Of a DNA stretch of 64,000 bases, positions 31,234 through 41,333 are shown piece by piece (position 1 is the first letter of the stretch; the number at the start of each line of letters is the position of its first letter). A program made the translations under genes and the position numbers. The notes below the pieces were generated by a model, which was not told where the DNA came from, ran no database searches, and worked only from the letters and a program-made list of their open reading frames with translations. Source of the stretch: Opitutales bacterium. GTDB lineage: Bacteria > Verrucomicrobiota > Verrucomicrobiia > Opitutales > UBA2987. Location of the stretch: assembly GCA_965226205.1 (NCBI GenBank), contig CBDDCJ010000026.1, positions 131,321 through 195,320 of the forward strand, written 5' to 3'.

Positions 31234-33233
31234 CCTGAGTTCGACAGTTGGGGGGGGTAAATCGATTATTTTTAGGGTTTTTCGTGCTGTAGGGCGCATG
31301 GTTGTCAGGGTTGGGGTGTGAAAATGCCGTGTAGTGCAGACCACTCTATTGCCTTTTCGGAGAAGTAGTGCAGGGTCGGTGTTGATGTATTTGCGTCGCC
31401 ATCGTCGTCGTAAGAAGGGCCAGGATTATGATTACTGGACGCTGGTGGAGTCGGTGCGCACAGCCAAGGGGCCGCGCCAGCGCATCGTGGCCCACATTGG
31501 CAAGGAGCCGGGGCTCGATGAGGATGAGCGGTTGGGTTGGGAGCAGATCGGTCGGCTCCTCGATGGCGATGATGAGGCTGCGGGGGCCGAGCAGTTGGAT
31601 TTATTTGCCGAGGATAAACCGGAGGCTCCGTTGTGGGCGCAGGTGAATCTGGGTCGGATACGGGTGGAGCGGGTGCGTCAATTTGGCAAAGTGTATGTGG
31701 CTCTGGCGCTGTGGCGGCGGCTGGGGCTGCATCGTTTCTTCGAGGAGCATTTGCCGCCGGGCCGGGAGTCGGTGGGCTGGGCCCAGGTGGCCTCGATTCT
31801 GGCGCTGGGGCGTTTTTGCGAACAGGCCTCGGAGCTGGCTCTGGCCGAGCGCTGGTATGGCTCGACGGCGCTGGAGGATTTGATGGCGGTGGATGTGGAT
31901 GAGGTCTATGACAACCGTTTGTATCGCGGACTGGATCGTGTCTTGCCCTTGCGCCGGGAACTGTTCAGTCATCTTAAAGGACGCTATGAAAGCTGGTTTG
32001 GGACGCGTTTCGAGTTTCTTTTATACGACATAACGAGCACCTATTTTGAGGGCCGGTGCGAGGGCAATGCCCAGGCCCAGCGCGGCTACAGCCGGGACCA
32101 GCGGCCGGATTGCAAGCAGGTATGTCTTGGACTGGTGGTGACACCCGAAGGGCTGCCCCTGGCCTATGAGGTTTTCGACGGCAACCGCGCCGATGTGACC
32201 ACGGTGCAGGAGAGGGTCGAGTTGATGGAATCGCATTACGGGGTGGCCGATCGCATCTGGGTGCTGGACCGCGGCATGGTGAGCGAGGCCAACCTCGAAT
32301 ACCTGCGCGGCAAAGGGGCCCGTTACATCGTGGGCACGCCCAAGAGCCATCTTAAAAACTTTGCCCTCGATCTGCTCGAGCAAGGCGATTTTTGCGAGGT
32401 GCGGGCGGGGGTGGAGGTCAAACTGGTGAAACATCCCGACTGCCCCCAGATCGAGCAATATGTGCTTTGCCGCAGCCAGGGGCGGGGTCAAAAAGAAGCC
32501 GCCATGTTGAGCAAGCAAAAGGAGCGTTTGCGCAAAAAGCTCGACCAGATCGACCTGAGTTTGCGTCGGCGAGGGCAGAAACTCGATCCGGTTGAACGCC
32601 GTATCGGCCGCTGGCTGGGCCGCCACACCCTGGCCGAAAAAATATTCACCGTAAAAGTGCAAATCGACGCCGCCGGACGGGCCTGCGCATTGCAAATCAC
32701 CGAAGACGAGAGCAAAGCCGATTGGGCCCAACTGGCCCACGGGACCTATCTGCTGCGAACCAACTGCCAGGAGGAAGACCCACAAAAGCTGTGGCGGTGG
32801 TATATACAACTGACACAGGCCGAGGCAGCCTTTCGTTGCGCCAAAAGCGACTTGGGGCTGCGGCCGGTCTATCACCACAAAGAAAAGCGTGTGCAAGCGC
32901 ACATTCTGATCTGTTTTCTGGCTCTGGCGATGTGGCGCGCCCTGGAAAGCTGGCTGCAGGCCAAAGGCCTCGGCACCTGTGCGCGGCAAGTGTTGCACGA
33001 ACTGGAAAATCTACGCTCAATGGACGTGGTGGCGCCGCTGCGAGGGGGACGCGAAGCGCGTTTACGGCTGGTAGGCAAACCGGAAAAACTCTGTGCCGAC
33101 CTCCTCAAGCAAATGGGCCTAAAACTGCCCACCCGCCCAAGAATCATCCAGAATGTAGTGCAGACTAACGGCAAAAATTAATCCCGAATCCGCATAGATA
33201 AGCCCTTTAACTTTTTGAACTGTCGAAGATGGG
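31234..33233 (+). mobile_element. IS1634-family element, copy B (2000 bp, intact ORF)
   Basis: Same ends as copy A; TTAA at 31230-31233 and 33234-33237. Confidence 0.93.
31334..33181 (+). CDS. IS1634-family transposase
   Basis: YDITSTYFEG, GYSRDQRPD, LDRGM, QAEAAFR, RPVYH, AHILICFLA. Confidence 0.93.
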   Translation: MQTTLLPFRRSSAGSVLMYLRRHRRRKKGQDYDYWTLVESVRTAKGPRQRIVAHIGKEPGLDEDERLGWEQIGRLLDGDDEAAGAEQLDLFAEDKPEAPLWAQVNLGRIRVERVRQFGKVYVALALWRRLGLHRFFEEHLPPGRESVGWAQVASILALGRFCEQASELALAERWYGSTALEDLMAVDVDEVYDNRLYRGLDRVLPLRRELFSHLKGRYESWFGTRFEFLLYDITSTYFEGRCEGNAQAQRGYSRDQRPDCKQVCLGLVVTPEGLPLAYEVFDGNRADVTTVQERVELMESHYGVADRIWVLDRGMVSEANLEYLRGKGARYIVGTPKSHLKNFALDLLEQGDFCEVRAGVEVKLVKHPDCPQIEQYVLCRSQGRGQKEAAMLSKQKERLRKKLDQIDLSLRRRGQKLDPVERRIGRWLGRHTLAEKIFTVKVQIDAAGRACALQITEDESKADWAQLAHGTYLLRTNCQEEDPQKLWRWYIQLTQAEAAFRCAKSDLGLRPVYHHKEKRVQAHILICFLALAMWRALESWLQAKGLGTCARQVLHELENLRSMDVVAPLRGGREARLRLVGKPEKLCADLLKQMGLKLPTRPRIIQNVVQTNGKN

Positions 33234-35117
33234 TTAAGGCCCAAATCGAATAGAAATATTCCCTGCGAACCGTTCTCCAATTTCACCCATTGCCAGCCGT
33301 GCTGGGAATGATACACCCAAGGCCATAAATCCGAATAATAGTCGTCGTACCAGGGCGATGCGTTCCAACCGGGGAATCGGGCGATTTCTTCCCCTCCGAA
33401 GGGATCGGGAAAGGGACGGTCGAATGATACGGCAAAAGGGTCCGGCGAGCCGGTGCGGGTATCGATTCAGATGGCGACCGCGGGAGCTTGGCCGTCCAAA
33501 GCGGAAACCACCCCCAGGTAATCTCCGAACATGCGCCCACGCTGCGTCAATGGGGCCAACAGGGCGTTGCTGGGGGTTTCCGAGAGGCGGGTGTTGGGCT
33601 TCCAGGTATCACCGGAGTCAAAGGACTCGGCCAGGTAGAGATGGAAAAGATTGCCGTTTTGCGGATTATCGCGGGTATCGTAAAAAATTATGGCGACATG
33701 GCGGCCGTCGGGCGAAACTGAGATCGCGGGACTGGCGATGGAACTGCCGGCGGGATTATTGCTCGCGGCGAGGGGCGTTGTCCAGGTTTGCCCTTTATCG
33801 GTTGATCGGGTGAAGACAACTTTGGGAATGCCCTCCACAACCGCCTGATAAGTGACGAAGAGCGCGCCTGCATTGCGGTCTGCCACGGCGGAGGGCAGAA
33901 TTGCGCCGCTCCGCAGAACTGGGTCATCATAAATCGTGAAGCCGCCCGCCACCAGACGCGCGGGACCGAAGATGCCGCCGCCGTCTTCGGAAATTCTAAC
34001 TTCAATCCGGTCGTCGGCCAATTCGCCGCCGGGGGTGATGAAATTCCAATAAACGACCACCAATTCGCCATCAGGCAGGTAAACGGGTTGGGAACCCTGG
34101 CAAAATGAGTTGGGCGGGGTCACGAAGATGGGTTCAGAAAGCCAGCTTTCTCCCCCATCGTCACTGTAGGAAGCCATAATGGGAATACCGGCATCGTCGT
34201 TCCGGAAATTGGTAAAGGAAGTGAAAATCCGTCCGGCAGTGGGCGTGTCGGCAAAAGTGTTCACGGCAACCCAGTTTTTGTCTAAGAAATCGCCTTCACC
34301 GGGCGGTTCAGCAGCCACTACGGGCAAATCGAAATTAAGCCCCCCGTCGGAACTTTTGCTCATCATAATCAAGTTGCCGGTGGGAAAAGGTGTGATGCCG
34401 AGGGTGTTGAGGTAAATATTGCCCAGATGATCGACCGCCGCCACGGGATCGGAGGCCCTTTCAAATGTTCCCCCGGAAACAGTGGTCAGACCCGGAATGA
34501 GAGCCCGCTTCCAGGTCAGCCCGCCATCCTGACTGACGGCGTAACCGCAATTTACCGCTCCGCCATCGGTAAACCGGCCCTCCTGGAACGTGCCCACCAC
34601 GAGGTCCGGATTCATGGGATGCCGGGCGATGTGCGGCTCTGCCTGATGACGCATATTGGCGGGAAGATCATCAGGGTCGTCCCCCAGCCTGATATTGAGG
34701 CCGACACGGGAGTTCAAGGATGCACTGGGCTGTTCCTTAAAGGGAGTCTGTTCAAACCGGGCTTCCGGTGCACGGACCAAATTGCTCCCCAGCCCGAGAG
34801 CCAAATAAGTTCCCGCTGAAACATAGTCCCTTATGGCAGGCCTCAAGGCGTCGGCATACTTATGGGCGGGGGTGGAATTATTTTCTTCCGCCAGCAGGGG
34901 GAATGCAGCCGGCATAGCGCAAAGGAATGTCGTCAGAGCTGGAAAATACTTGGAAAACATCAGTGGTTTGTCAGCAGGCGAGCTTATAGTCATGAAACGA
35001 TTCAGCCTCTACAAGTTAAAAACCATCGCTAATTAAGACGGTATTGAGACTGCTTTTCTTCCTTGCTATTTGAATCTCAGTCATCTTCATTGTCTCATTT
35101 TTACCATCACTGTCTCT

Positions 35118-35444
35118 ATGGAGAATCACTTTATTCAAACATTGCAAATGAGCTTCCTGGCCCAGGGCGAGAATTCGAGCCAGGGGATGGGCTCGATGCT
35201 CATTTTCTATCTTTTACTCTTTGCGGGACTATGGTTTCTTCTATTGGCGCCGCAGAAGAAAAGGCAAAAGGAACACAAGAAAATGCTGACGGAGTTGAAA
35301 ACCGGGGATACCGTGTTGACCAGCGGCGGCATCTACGGGGAAATCACCAATGTTAAAGAGGACCGTTTCGTTGTTAGAATTGCCGAGAATACCAAGGTGG
35401 AAGTCAGCAAAGGTTCCATTCAAAATTCCGTTCCCCGCAAGTAA
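35118..35444 (+). CDS. yajC: Preprotein translocase subunit YajC
   Basis: FLLLAPQKKRQKEH, LKTGDTVLTSGGIYG; directly upstream of secDF. Confidence 0.93.
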   Translation: MENHFIQTLQMSFLAQGENSSQGMGSMLIFYLLLFAGLWFLLLAPQKKRQKEHKKMLTELKTGDTVLTSGGIYGEITNVKEDRFVVRIAENTKVEVSKGSIQNSVPRK

Positions 35445-35483
35445 ATCGATTCCCGGAGACGGTTAACCGCATCATTTATCGCC

Positions 35484-38051
35484 ATGACTGGAAGCATTAT
35501 TTGGAAAAGCCTGTTGACCATCGCAGTGGTGGGCTGGGCCATACTGAACCTCGTCCCGCCCAACGACACACCCTTCGAGGAATACATCGACACCCAAATA
35601 ACGGCGGAAACCGAGGAGTTCAACGAGCTTAAAGTAAAGGCCCTGGAGCGGGTCGAAAGCAAAGAGGAACCCAGTCTGTTCGTGGCCCTCAAGAATTTAT
35701 CGGAGGAGGATTCCATCAATTTCCAGAAGTTCATTCCGCAAATCGACGGCAGCGACATTAAAAACCGCCGTAAACGCAACGAAATTCTTTTGGGGGAGCT
35801 GTTGAAAAACTCGCAGGGAAAAGTCAAACTGGGGCTCGACCTGAAAGGCGGCATAGCCATTACCTTTAAAGTGAACGAAACCGACCTGGACCCCAACCAG
35901 GTGGTGCGGGATGACCAACTCTCGCGGGCGGTGGAAATTTTGCGCAAACGCGTGGACGGCCTGGGAGTGGCCGAACCTATCATCCGGCTAAAGGGCAATA
36001 ACCGCATCGAGGTGCAAATGCCGGGAATTTCGACCAAGGACAATCCGAATATTATCGATGTTATCGGGAAACCGGCAAAACTGGAATTTTGCGAAGTCAA
36101 CCGCCCCGCCAATCCGGGCAACACCCCGGAGACACCTCTCGGCTATGTGCCCATGATCGAGGATCGGGAGAATTCGCGGACGGGAGAAGTTTCGGAAATC
36201 GCTTACTATGTCAAACGACCACCCGCCATGACGGGGGACATTATCGATGAGGCCTATGCCGCGCCCAATGAATTTGGGGGGTATCGGGTGCTCCTGCGCT
36301 TTACCAGTGAAGGAGGAAACACTTTTGCCAACGTCACCCGCATGATCGCGGAAAAAAACCAATCGACCGGCTCGATCGGGCAGATGGCGATTATTCTCGA
36401 CGGTAAACTCTACAGCGCGCCCACCGTGCAGCAGGAAATCAGGGGCGGGGCGGAAATCACGGGGCGGTTTTCCCAACGCGAAGCTCTCGAACTAGCCAAC
36501 GTGCTCAACAACCCACTCAAGGTGGGGCTGGAATACGATGAAATTTACGAAGTCGGCCCCTCCCTGGCGGAAGACGCGCGGGACGCCTCAATCACCGCAT
36601 TCCAGATCGGGGCCTTCCTGGTCGTCATTTTTATGATTCTTTATTATGTATCGGCGGGTCTGGTGGCGGTCATTTCGGTGGGCATCAACATCGTTATTGT
36701 ATTCGGCACATTGTCCAGCCTGGGGGCCACCGTTACCCTGCCCGGTGTGGCCGCCCTGGTTCTAACCATCGGAATGGCGGTCGATGCCAATATCCTCATC
36801 TTCGAGCGAATCCGCGAGGAATTGAGGGCGGGGAAGCAATTATCGACCTCTCTTATTACGGGTTATCAAAAAGCCCTCTCAACTATCGTGGACGCCAATG
36901 TGACAACCCTTATCACGGCCGGAATCCTAATCTGGATGGGAACGGGGCCGGTCAAGGGCTTCGGGGTCACTTTGGCTATCGGAATACTGGCATCGATGTT
37001 CTGCGCCCTGGTGGTCAGCCGGGCCATGCTCGAGTTGCTGGTCAACACCGGCATGGTCAAGAAGATGATGGTGAAGAGTTTCCTTAAAACGACCCAGATT
37101 CCCTTCCTCAATTTTCGCAAACCCGCATTTTTCTGCTCTTGGGCGGTGGTGCTTATCGGCCTTTCCTCTATTATCATCAACAAGGACCATATTTACGGAA
37201 CCGACTTCACAGGCGGGGAGGAACTGATTCTCAAGTTCGAGCAAAAATTGACTTCCCAGCAGGTTGCCGAGGTGGCCGTGGCAAACGATTTGGGGGAGGT
37301 AAATTCACTCTATCAAACGACCATCGGCCAAGGTCATGAAAACCTAAAAGTGACCACCCGGGTGGACATGGGAGAGCGGGTCCTGGCCGCATTGCAGGCG
37401 GCCCATCCGAACGCAGGTCTGGAACTGGTGGGCAAAACGACGATCAGCGCATCGGTGGGCGACGAGGTTAAATGGAGCGCCGTTAAATCGATATCGCTGG
37501 CACTGGTCTTCATACTGTTTTATGTGGCTGTAAGGTTCGAATTCGGGTATGGTGTCGGGGCCGTGGTGGCGACGGTGCATGATATCCTCATGAGCATCGG
37601 CCTGTATGTTCTGCTCGGTTCGCTGGGAATCGGAAGCGGGCAATTTTCCGCCCCCATGGTGGCGGCGGTGTTGATGATCATTGGCTACTCCTTAAACGAT
37701 ACCATTGTCGTGTTCGACCGCATCCGGGAGGAGTTGACCCTCAATCCCGGCATGATTCTGCGAGGGGTCATAAACCTGGCCATCAATCGCACCTTGGGTC
37801 GCACCTTACTGACCAGTTTGACAACTTTGCTGGCCACATCGGCGCTATATCTGTGGGGAGCCGGGGTAGTCATAGATTTTGCCCTAGTCTTCATCATCGG
37901 GATTTTCACTGGCACATTTTCCTCAATATTTATCGCCAGTCCGGTATTTTTTTGGTACCACAAGGAAGATCGCCGCCATGTCGAGGAACGCCATATTCTT
38001 CCCGAATACGATTGGCAGTCTTCGCGCAAGGCTTCCAAATCAACCCATTAA
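35484..38051 (+). CDS. secDF: Protein translocase SecD-SecF fusion
   Basis: LGLDLKGG, GMAVDANILIFERIREE, DFTGG, GYSLNDTIVVFDRIRE. Confidence 0.95.
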   Translation: MTGSIIWKSLLTIAVVGWAILNLVPPNDTPFEEYIDTQITAETEEFNELKVKALERVESKEEPSLFVALKNLSEEDSINFQKFIPQIDGSDIKNRRKRNEILLGELLKNSQGKVKLGLDLKGGIAITFKVNETDLDPNQVVRDDQLSRAVEILRKRVDGLGVAEPIIRLKGNNRIEVQMPGISTKDNPNIIDVIGKPAKLEFCEVNRPANPGNTPETPLGYVPMIEDRENSRTGEVSEIAYYVKRPPAMTGDIIDEAYAAPNEFGGYRVLLRFTSEGGNTFANVTRMIAEKNQSTGSIGQMAIILDGKLYSAPTVQQEIRGGAEITGRFSQREALELANVLNNPLKVGLEYDEIYEVGPSLAEDARDASITAFQIGAFLVVIFMILYYVSAGLVAVISVGINIVIVFGTLSSLGATVTLPGVAALVLTIGMAVDANILIFERIREELRAGKQLSTSLITGYQKALSTIVDANVTTLITAGILIWMGTGPVKGFGVTLAIGILASMFCALVVSRAMLELLVNTGMVKKMMVKSFLKTTQIPFLNFRKPAFFCSWAVVLIGLSSIIINKDHIYGTDFTGGEELILKFEQKLTSQQVAEVAVANDLGEVNSLYQTTIGQGHENLKVTTRVDMGERVLAALQAAHPNAGLELVGKTTISASVGDEVKWSAVKSISLALVFILFYVAVRFEFGYGVGAVVATVHDILMSIGLYVLLGSLGIGSGQFSAPMVAAVLMIIGYSLNDTIVVFDRIREELTLNPGMILRGVINLAINRTLGRTLLTSLTTLLATSALYLWGAGVVIDFALVFIIGIFTGTFSSIFIASPVFFWYHKEDRRHVEERHILPEYDWQSSRKASKSTH

Positions 38052-38077
38052 ATAAATAATTAATTGATTGAATAGAT

Positions 38078-39796
38078 ATGCGTTGGACCTGCCTTCCCGC
38101 CGCTGAAAATCAGGTCAGCGCCTTGTGTAGGCAATTTCCTCTCCATCCGATTGTGGCGCGGCTGCTCATACGGCTCGGGCTGAATGAGGAAGAATCCATC
38201 CGGCGATACCTGGAACCCCGATTGCGGAACCTGGACGATCCATTTCGCCTGACCCACCTGGACAAGGCTGTGGACCGGCTGCGGCAAGCCATGCGAAACG
38301 ATGAGGTTATCCTTATTTATGGTGATTACGATGTCGATGGGGTAACCAGCACGGTCCTCCTGGTCAGCATCCTGCGCCTTTATGGAATTTATCCGCGCTA
38401 TATGATCCCGCGCAGACTGAAAGAGGGCTACGGTCTTTCTTTCAAAGGAATCGACCGGATTTTGGAAGGGAAAAAACCGCATCTCGTCATAGTCCTGGAT
38501 AGCGGGACCAACTCCCGTCAAGAGGTAGCCGCATTGCGTGAGCGGCAAATCGATGTCATCATCATCGACCACCATTCTTCCAATGAAAGCCTCCCTTCCG
38601 ACTGCATCCTCGTCAATCCGCGGATTTTTGACGGCGAGAAGGAGCCCTGGCAACATCTTTGCACGGTTGGCCTGGTTTTCAAACTTGTCCACGGGTTGCT
38701 CAAGCAATTGCGCCGGGATGGCGATGAACTCGCCCAGACCATTCACCTCAAGGAGTATCTCGACCTGGTGGCAATGGGCACGGTGGCCGATCTGGTGCCA
38801 ATGCGGGAAGAAAATCGCATACTGGCCAAGGCGGGTCTGGAAAGGCTTAAATCTACCCAGAGGCTGGGTTTAAAAGCTCTTTTCGAAACCAGCGGAATGT
38901 CACTGGGAGAAGAAGTCACGCCTGTCGATATCTCTTTTCGCCTGGGGCCCCGCATTAATGCCAGCGGGCGTCTCGGGGACGCCATTTTGCCGGTCGATCT
39001 GCTCCTTTGCGAAAACTGGGAGCAATGCGTCGTGGCAGCCGGCGCCTTGGAAAAAATGAATACCGACCGCAAAGAAATCGAAACCCGGATTTGCGAGCAA
39101 GCCGAAGGTATCATCCGGGATCGTCTATCGGACCAGGCGGGTTATATTTTACACCATTCGGACTGGCATCCGGGAGTGGTCGGGGCGGTGGCCAGCCGCC
39201 TGGTTCAAAAATACCGCCGCCCCTGCATTGTGATGGGCAACGAGGGCGAATTGGCCAAAGGGTCGGGCCGGAGCGTCAAAGGCGTAAACCTGGTCGAAGT
39301 GTTGAAAAGTTGCCATAAACTGCTCGATCGCTGGGGCGGCCACCCCATGGCCATCGGCATTTCCCTGGACCCGTCTAACTTGATGGAATTGCAAAAGGTC
39401 TTCCATCGGGCCGTAACGGAACTGTTGGAAAATTCGACTGCGGCGCGGGATCTGGAGCTGGCCTGCTGGATCGAGCCGGTAGATTTGGGCAAGAATTTGC
39501 TGGATGATATGGAATGCCTGCAACCGTTCGGCCAAGGCAATCCCGAGCCGGTCTTCGGGATTCGCGATGTTGTTCTGGGCAAAAGACCGGAAATTTTCGG
39601 GCAGAATAATTTTCGTTTTCAATTAAACACCGTTCCCGGACAAAGGATTTTCGGCGTGGCCTGGAAAAAAGCTGATCGTGTGCCACCGGTCAACGAATCC
39701 ATTGATCTGGCCGTCAAATTGAAATGGAACTGCTGGAACGGGCGCAGGCATCCCCAAATGGAGCTTATCGACTGGCGGCCGAGCCAGGATTCCTGA
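38078..39796 (+). CDS. recJ: Single-stranded DNA exonuclease RecJ
   Basis: YGDYDVDG, IDHH, GPRINASGR, GSGRS, GGHPMA, PFGQGNP. Confidence 0.95.
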   Translation: MRWTCLPAAENQVSALCRQFPLHPIVARLLIRLGLNEEESIRRYLEPRLRNLDDPFRLTHLDKAVDRLRQAMRNDEVILIYGDYDVDGVTSTVLLVSILRLYGIYPRYMIPRRLKEGYGLSFKGIDRILEGKKPHLVIVLDSGTNSRQEVAALRERQIDVIIIDHHSSNESLPSDCILVNPRIFDGEKEPWQHLCTVGLVFKLVHGLLKQLRRDGDELAQTIHLKEYLDLVAMGTVADLVPMREENRILAKAGLERLKSTQRLGLKALFETSGMSLGEEVTPVDISFRLGPRINASGRLGDAILPVDLLLCENWEQCVVAAGALEKMNTDRKEIETRICEQAEGIIRDRLSDQAGYILHHSDWHPGVVGAVASRLVQKYRRPCIVMGNEGELAKGSGRSVKGVNLVEVLKSCHKLLDRWGGHPMAIGISLDPSNLMELQKVFHRAVTELLENSTAARDLELACWIEPVDLGKNLLDDMECLQPFGQGNPEPVFGIRDVVLGKRPEIFGQNNFRFQLNTVPGQRIFGVAWKKADRVPPVNESIDLAVKLKWNCWNGRRHPQMELIDWRPSQDS

Positions 39797-40178
39797 GCAG
39801 CTCAAGGACATCGGCGGCCCTCTCTTGCGGGACCAGCAGATGGTCGTGGCAATAGGCCGATACGGCATTCAGGCTGATGCCAGCCGCCGCCAGCCGACCC
39901 GTGATCGCGGCCAGCAATCCCACAGCCAACAAACTGGACCGCACCCGGCAAGTAATGAGCGCCCAGACCGATTCATAAGAATGCTCCAACTCGTCGGCGT
40001 CTGATCTTTTCAAAACCACGGAAAAACCTTCCGCCTCCCGAAAAAAACAAAGCGGGTCACATTTGAGCGAGCGATAAGCAGCCTCGTCCAATAGGCAAAA
40101 AACAAACTCACCCTCCACCAGAACCGGATCCAAAGAAGCCAGCAATTTCGACAAATCCCTTTCGCCTCTATCCTCCAT
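39765..40178 (-). CDS. ACT-domain protein (DUF2241-like)
   Basis: GERDLSKLLASLDP, FREAEG, SSLLAVGLLAAI, SAYCHDHLLV. Confidence 0.85.
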   Translation of the reverse strand: MEDRGERDLSKLLASLDPVLVEGEFVFCLLDEAAYRSLKCDPLCFFREAEGFSVVLKRSDADELEHSYESVWALITCRVRSSLLAVGLLAAITGRLAAAGISLNAVSAYCHDHLLVPQERAADVLELLRNPGSAASR

Positions 40179-40202
40179 TTGTTGGTTTCCCCAAGTAATG
40201 AT

Positions 40203-41240
40203 TCAGGTATTGGGAATACTGCTGAACTCACTGGCGACTTTTTTAAAGGCGGCCAGGGCTTCCTCGATTTGGGCTCGGGAGATATTGAGGTGGGTGACGG
40301 CTCGCAGTCTTGTTATTGCGGGCATGGAAACACGCACGCCAAGCGTCATTATCCGTTCATTGAATTGCATTGCTGTGGCATTCAACCCGGAAACATCGAT
40401 GACGAGGATATTGGTGTCCGAGGGCTGGACGTTGATTCCTTCGATGTTGGCCAGGCCGACGGCCAGGATTTTGGCGTTGGCGTGGTCCTCGGCCAGGCGT
40501 TCCACATTGTTTTCCAAAGCGTAAAGGGCCGCCGCCGCGATGATGCCCGATTGCCTCATGGCACCGCCGAACTGGTGTTTGAAGCGCCAGGCATTTTTGA
40601 TAAATTCCTTGGATCCGGCCAGGGCGGCCCCGACGGGCGCTCCGAGGCCTTTGCTGAAGTCGATCCAGACCGAATCGAAGTTTTCGGCATAAGTTTGGGC
40701 GGAAATACCGGTTGCCACGACCGCGTTCAATAGTCGTGCGCCATCCATATGCCTTGCTAGATCGAAGCCGGCTGCGCGCGAACAAACTTCCTGAATCGTT
40801 TCCAGAGGCCAGATGGCGCCCCCGGCCAGGTTCGCAGTTTGCTCAATGGAGACCACTCGCGATTGAGGGGAATGATGCTCTTTGGGACGCACGGCGCCCT
40901 CCATTTGCTCGACCGTGAAAACCCCTTTTTGGCCCTCCAAATAATAAATGGAGGCCCCGCTCAGGGCTGCGGCGCCCCCGCCCTCGTAGCTTCTCACGTG
41001 ACAACCGGCTTCGCAGATGATTTCGTCGCCCGGCTGGCAATGGATGCACATGGAGCCCGACGGTAAAAAAACGGCGTCCTCTTTACCTAGCAATTGGCAA
41101 ACCTTTTCCACCAGCCGGTTGACGGTGGGGTCTTCCCGTTTTTGCTCGTCCCCCACTTCCGCCGCTGCCATGCAGGCCCTCATTGCCGCCGAAGGCTGGG
41201 TTGAAGTATCGCTGCTCAAATCGATTAATGGTATATTCAT
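40203..41240 (-). CDS. ltaE: Low-specificity L-threonine aldolase family (possible short in-frame deletion)
   Basis: IDLSSDT, EDPTV, HMDGARL, SKGLGAPVG, GGAMRQSG. Confidence 0.85.
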   Translation of the reverse strand: MNIPLIDLSSDTSTQPSAAMRACMAAAEVGDEQKREDPTVNRLVEKVCQLLGKEDAVFLPSGSMCIHCQPGDEIICEAGCHVRSYEGGGAAALSGASIYYLEGQKGVFTVEQMEGAVRPKEHHSPQSRVVSIEQTANLAGGAIWPLETIQEVCSRAAGFDLARHMDGARLLNAVVATGISAQTYAENFDSVWIDFSKGLGAPVGAALAGSKEFIKNAWRFKHQFGGAMRQSGIIAAAALYALENNVERLAEDHANAKILAVGLANIEGINVQPSDTNILVIDVSGLNATAMQFNERIMTLGVRVSMPAITRLRAVTHLNISRAQIEEALAAFKKVASEFSSIPNT

Positions 41241-41253
41241 AACTGTGATGTAT

Positions 41254-41328
41254 TCAGGTGTCGGGTGTCGGGTGTCAGAATGCCTTTTCATGAACACTGA
41301 AACCTGACACCTGAAACCTATACCCTGA
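41254..41328. repeat. Heptamer-periodic inverted repeat (TCRGGTG)n ... (MACCTGA)n
   Basis: TCAGGTG TCGGGTG TCGGGTG TCAG, spacer, then CACTGA AACCTGA CACCTGA AACCTA. Confidence 0.75.
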
Positions 41329-41333
41329 TCCTT

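Larger units (their letters stand above)
31070..34993 (-). pseudogene. Secreted BNR/sialidase-like protein with Trp-rich C-domain; nonsense codon plus IS insertion
   Basis: Asp-boxes SQDGGLTW, SSDGGLNF, SDDGGESW, STDKGQTW; TGA at 33467-33469 in AVAI*IDTRTG; the frame continues and IS removal restores FDLGLNEWIFLN...GCP* (stop 31070). Confidence 0.85.

Noticed and set aside
21586-33233. Composite transposon or inversion bounded by the two inverted IS1634 copies
   Set aside because: Each copy has its own TTAA duplication and each host gene rejoins correctly, so these are independent insertions without rearrangement
33467-33469. TGA recoded as Trp (alternative genetic code)
   Set aside because: Many intact genes here end in TGA (e.g. 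ECF sigma, recJ) and use TGG for Trp; a nonsense mutation is simpler
41254-41328. CRISPR array
   Set aside because: Units are 7 bp with no unique 30-40 bp spacers and no cas genes; the same applies to 7712-7741 and 61240-61274
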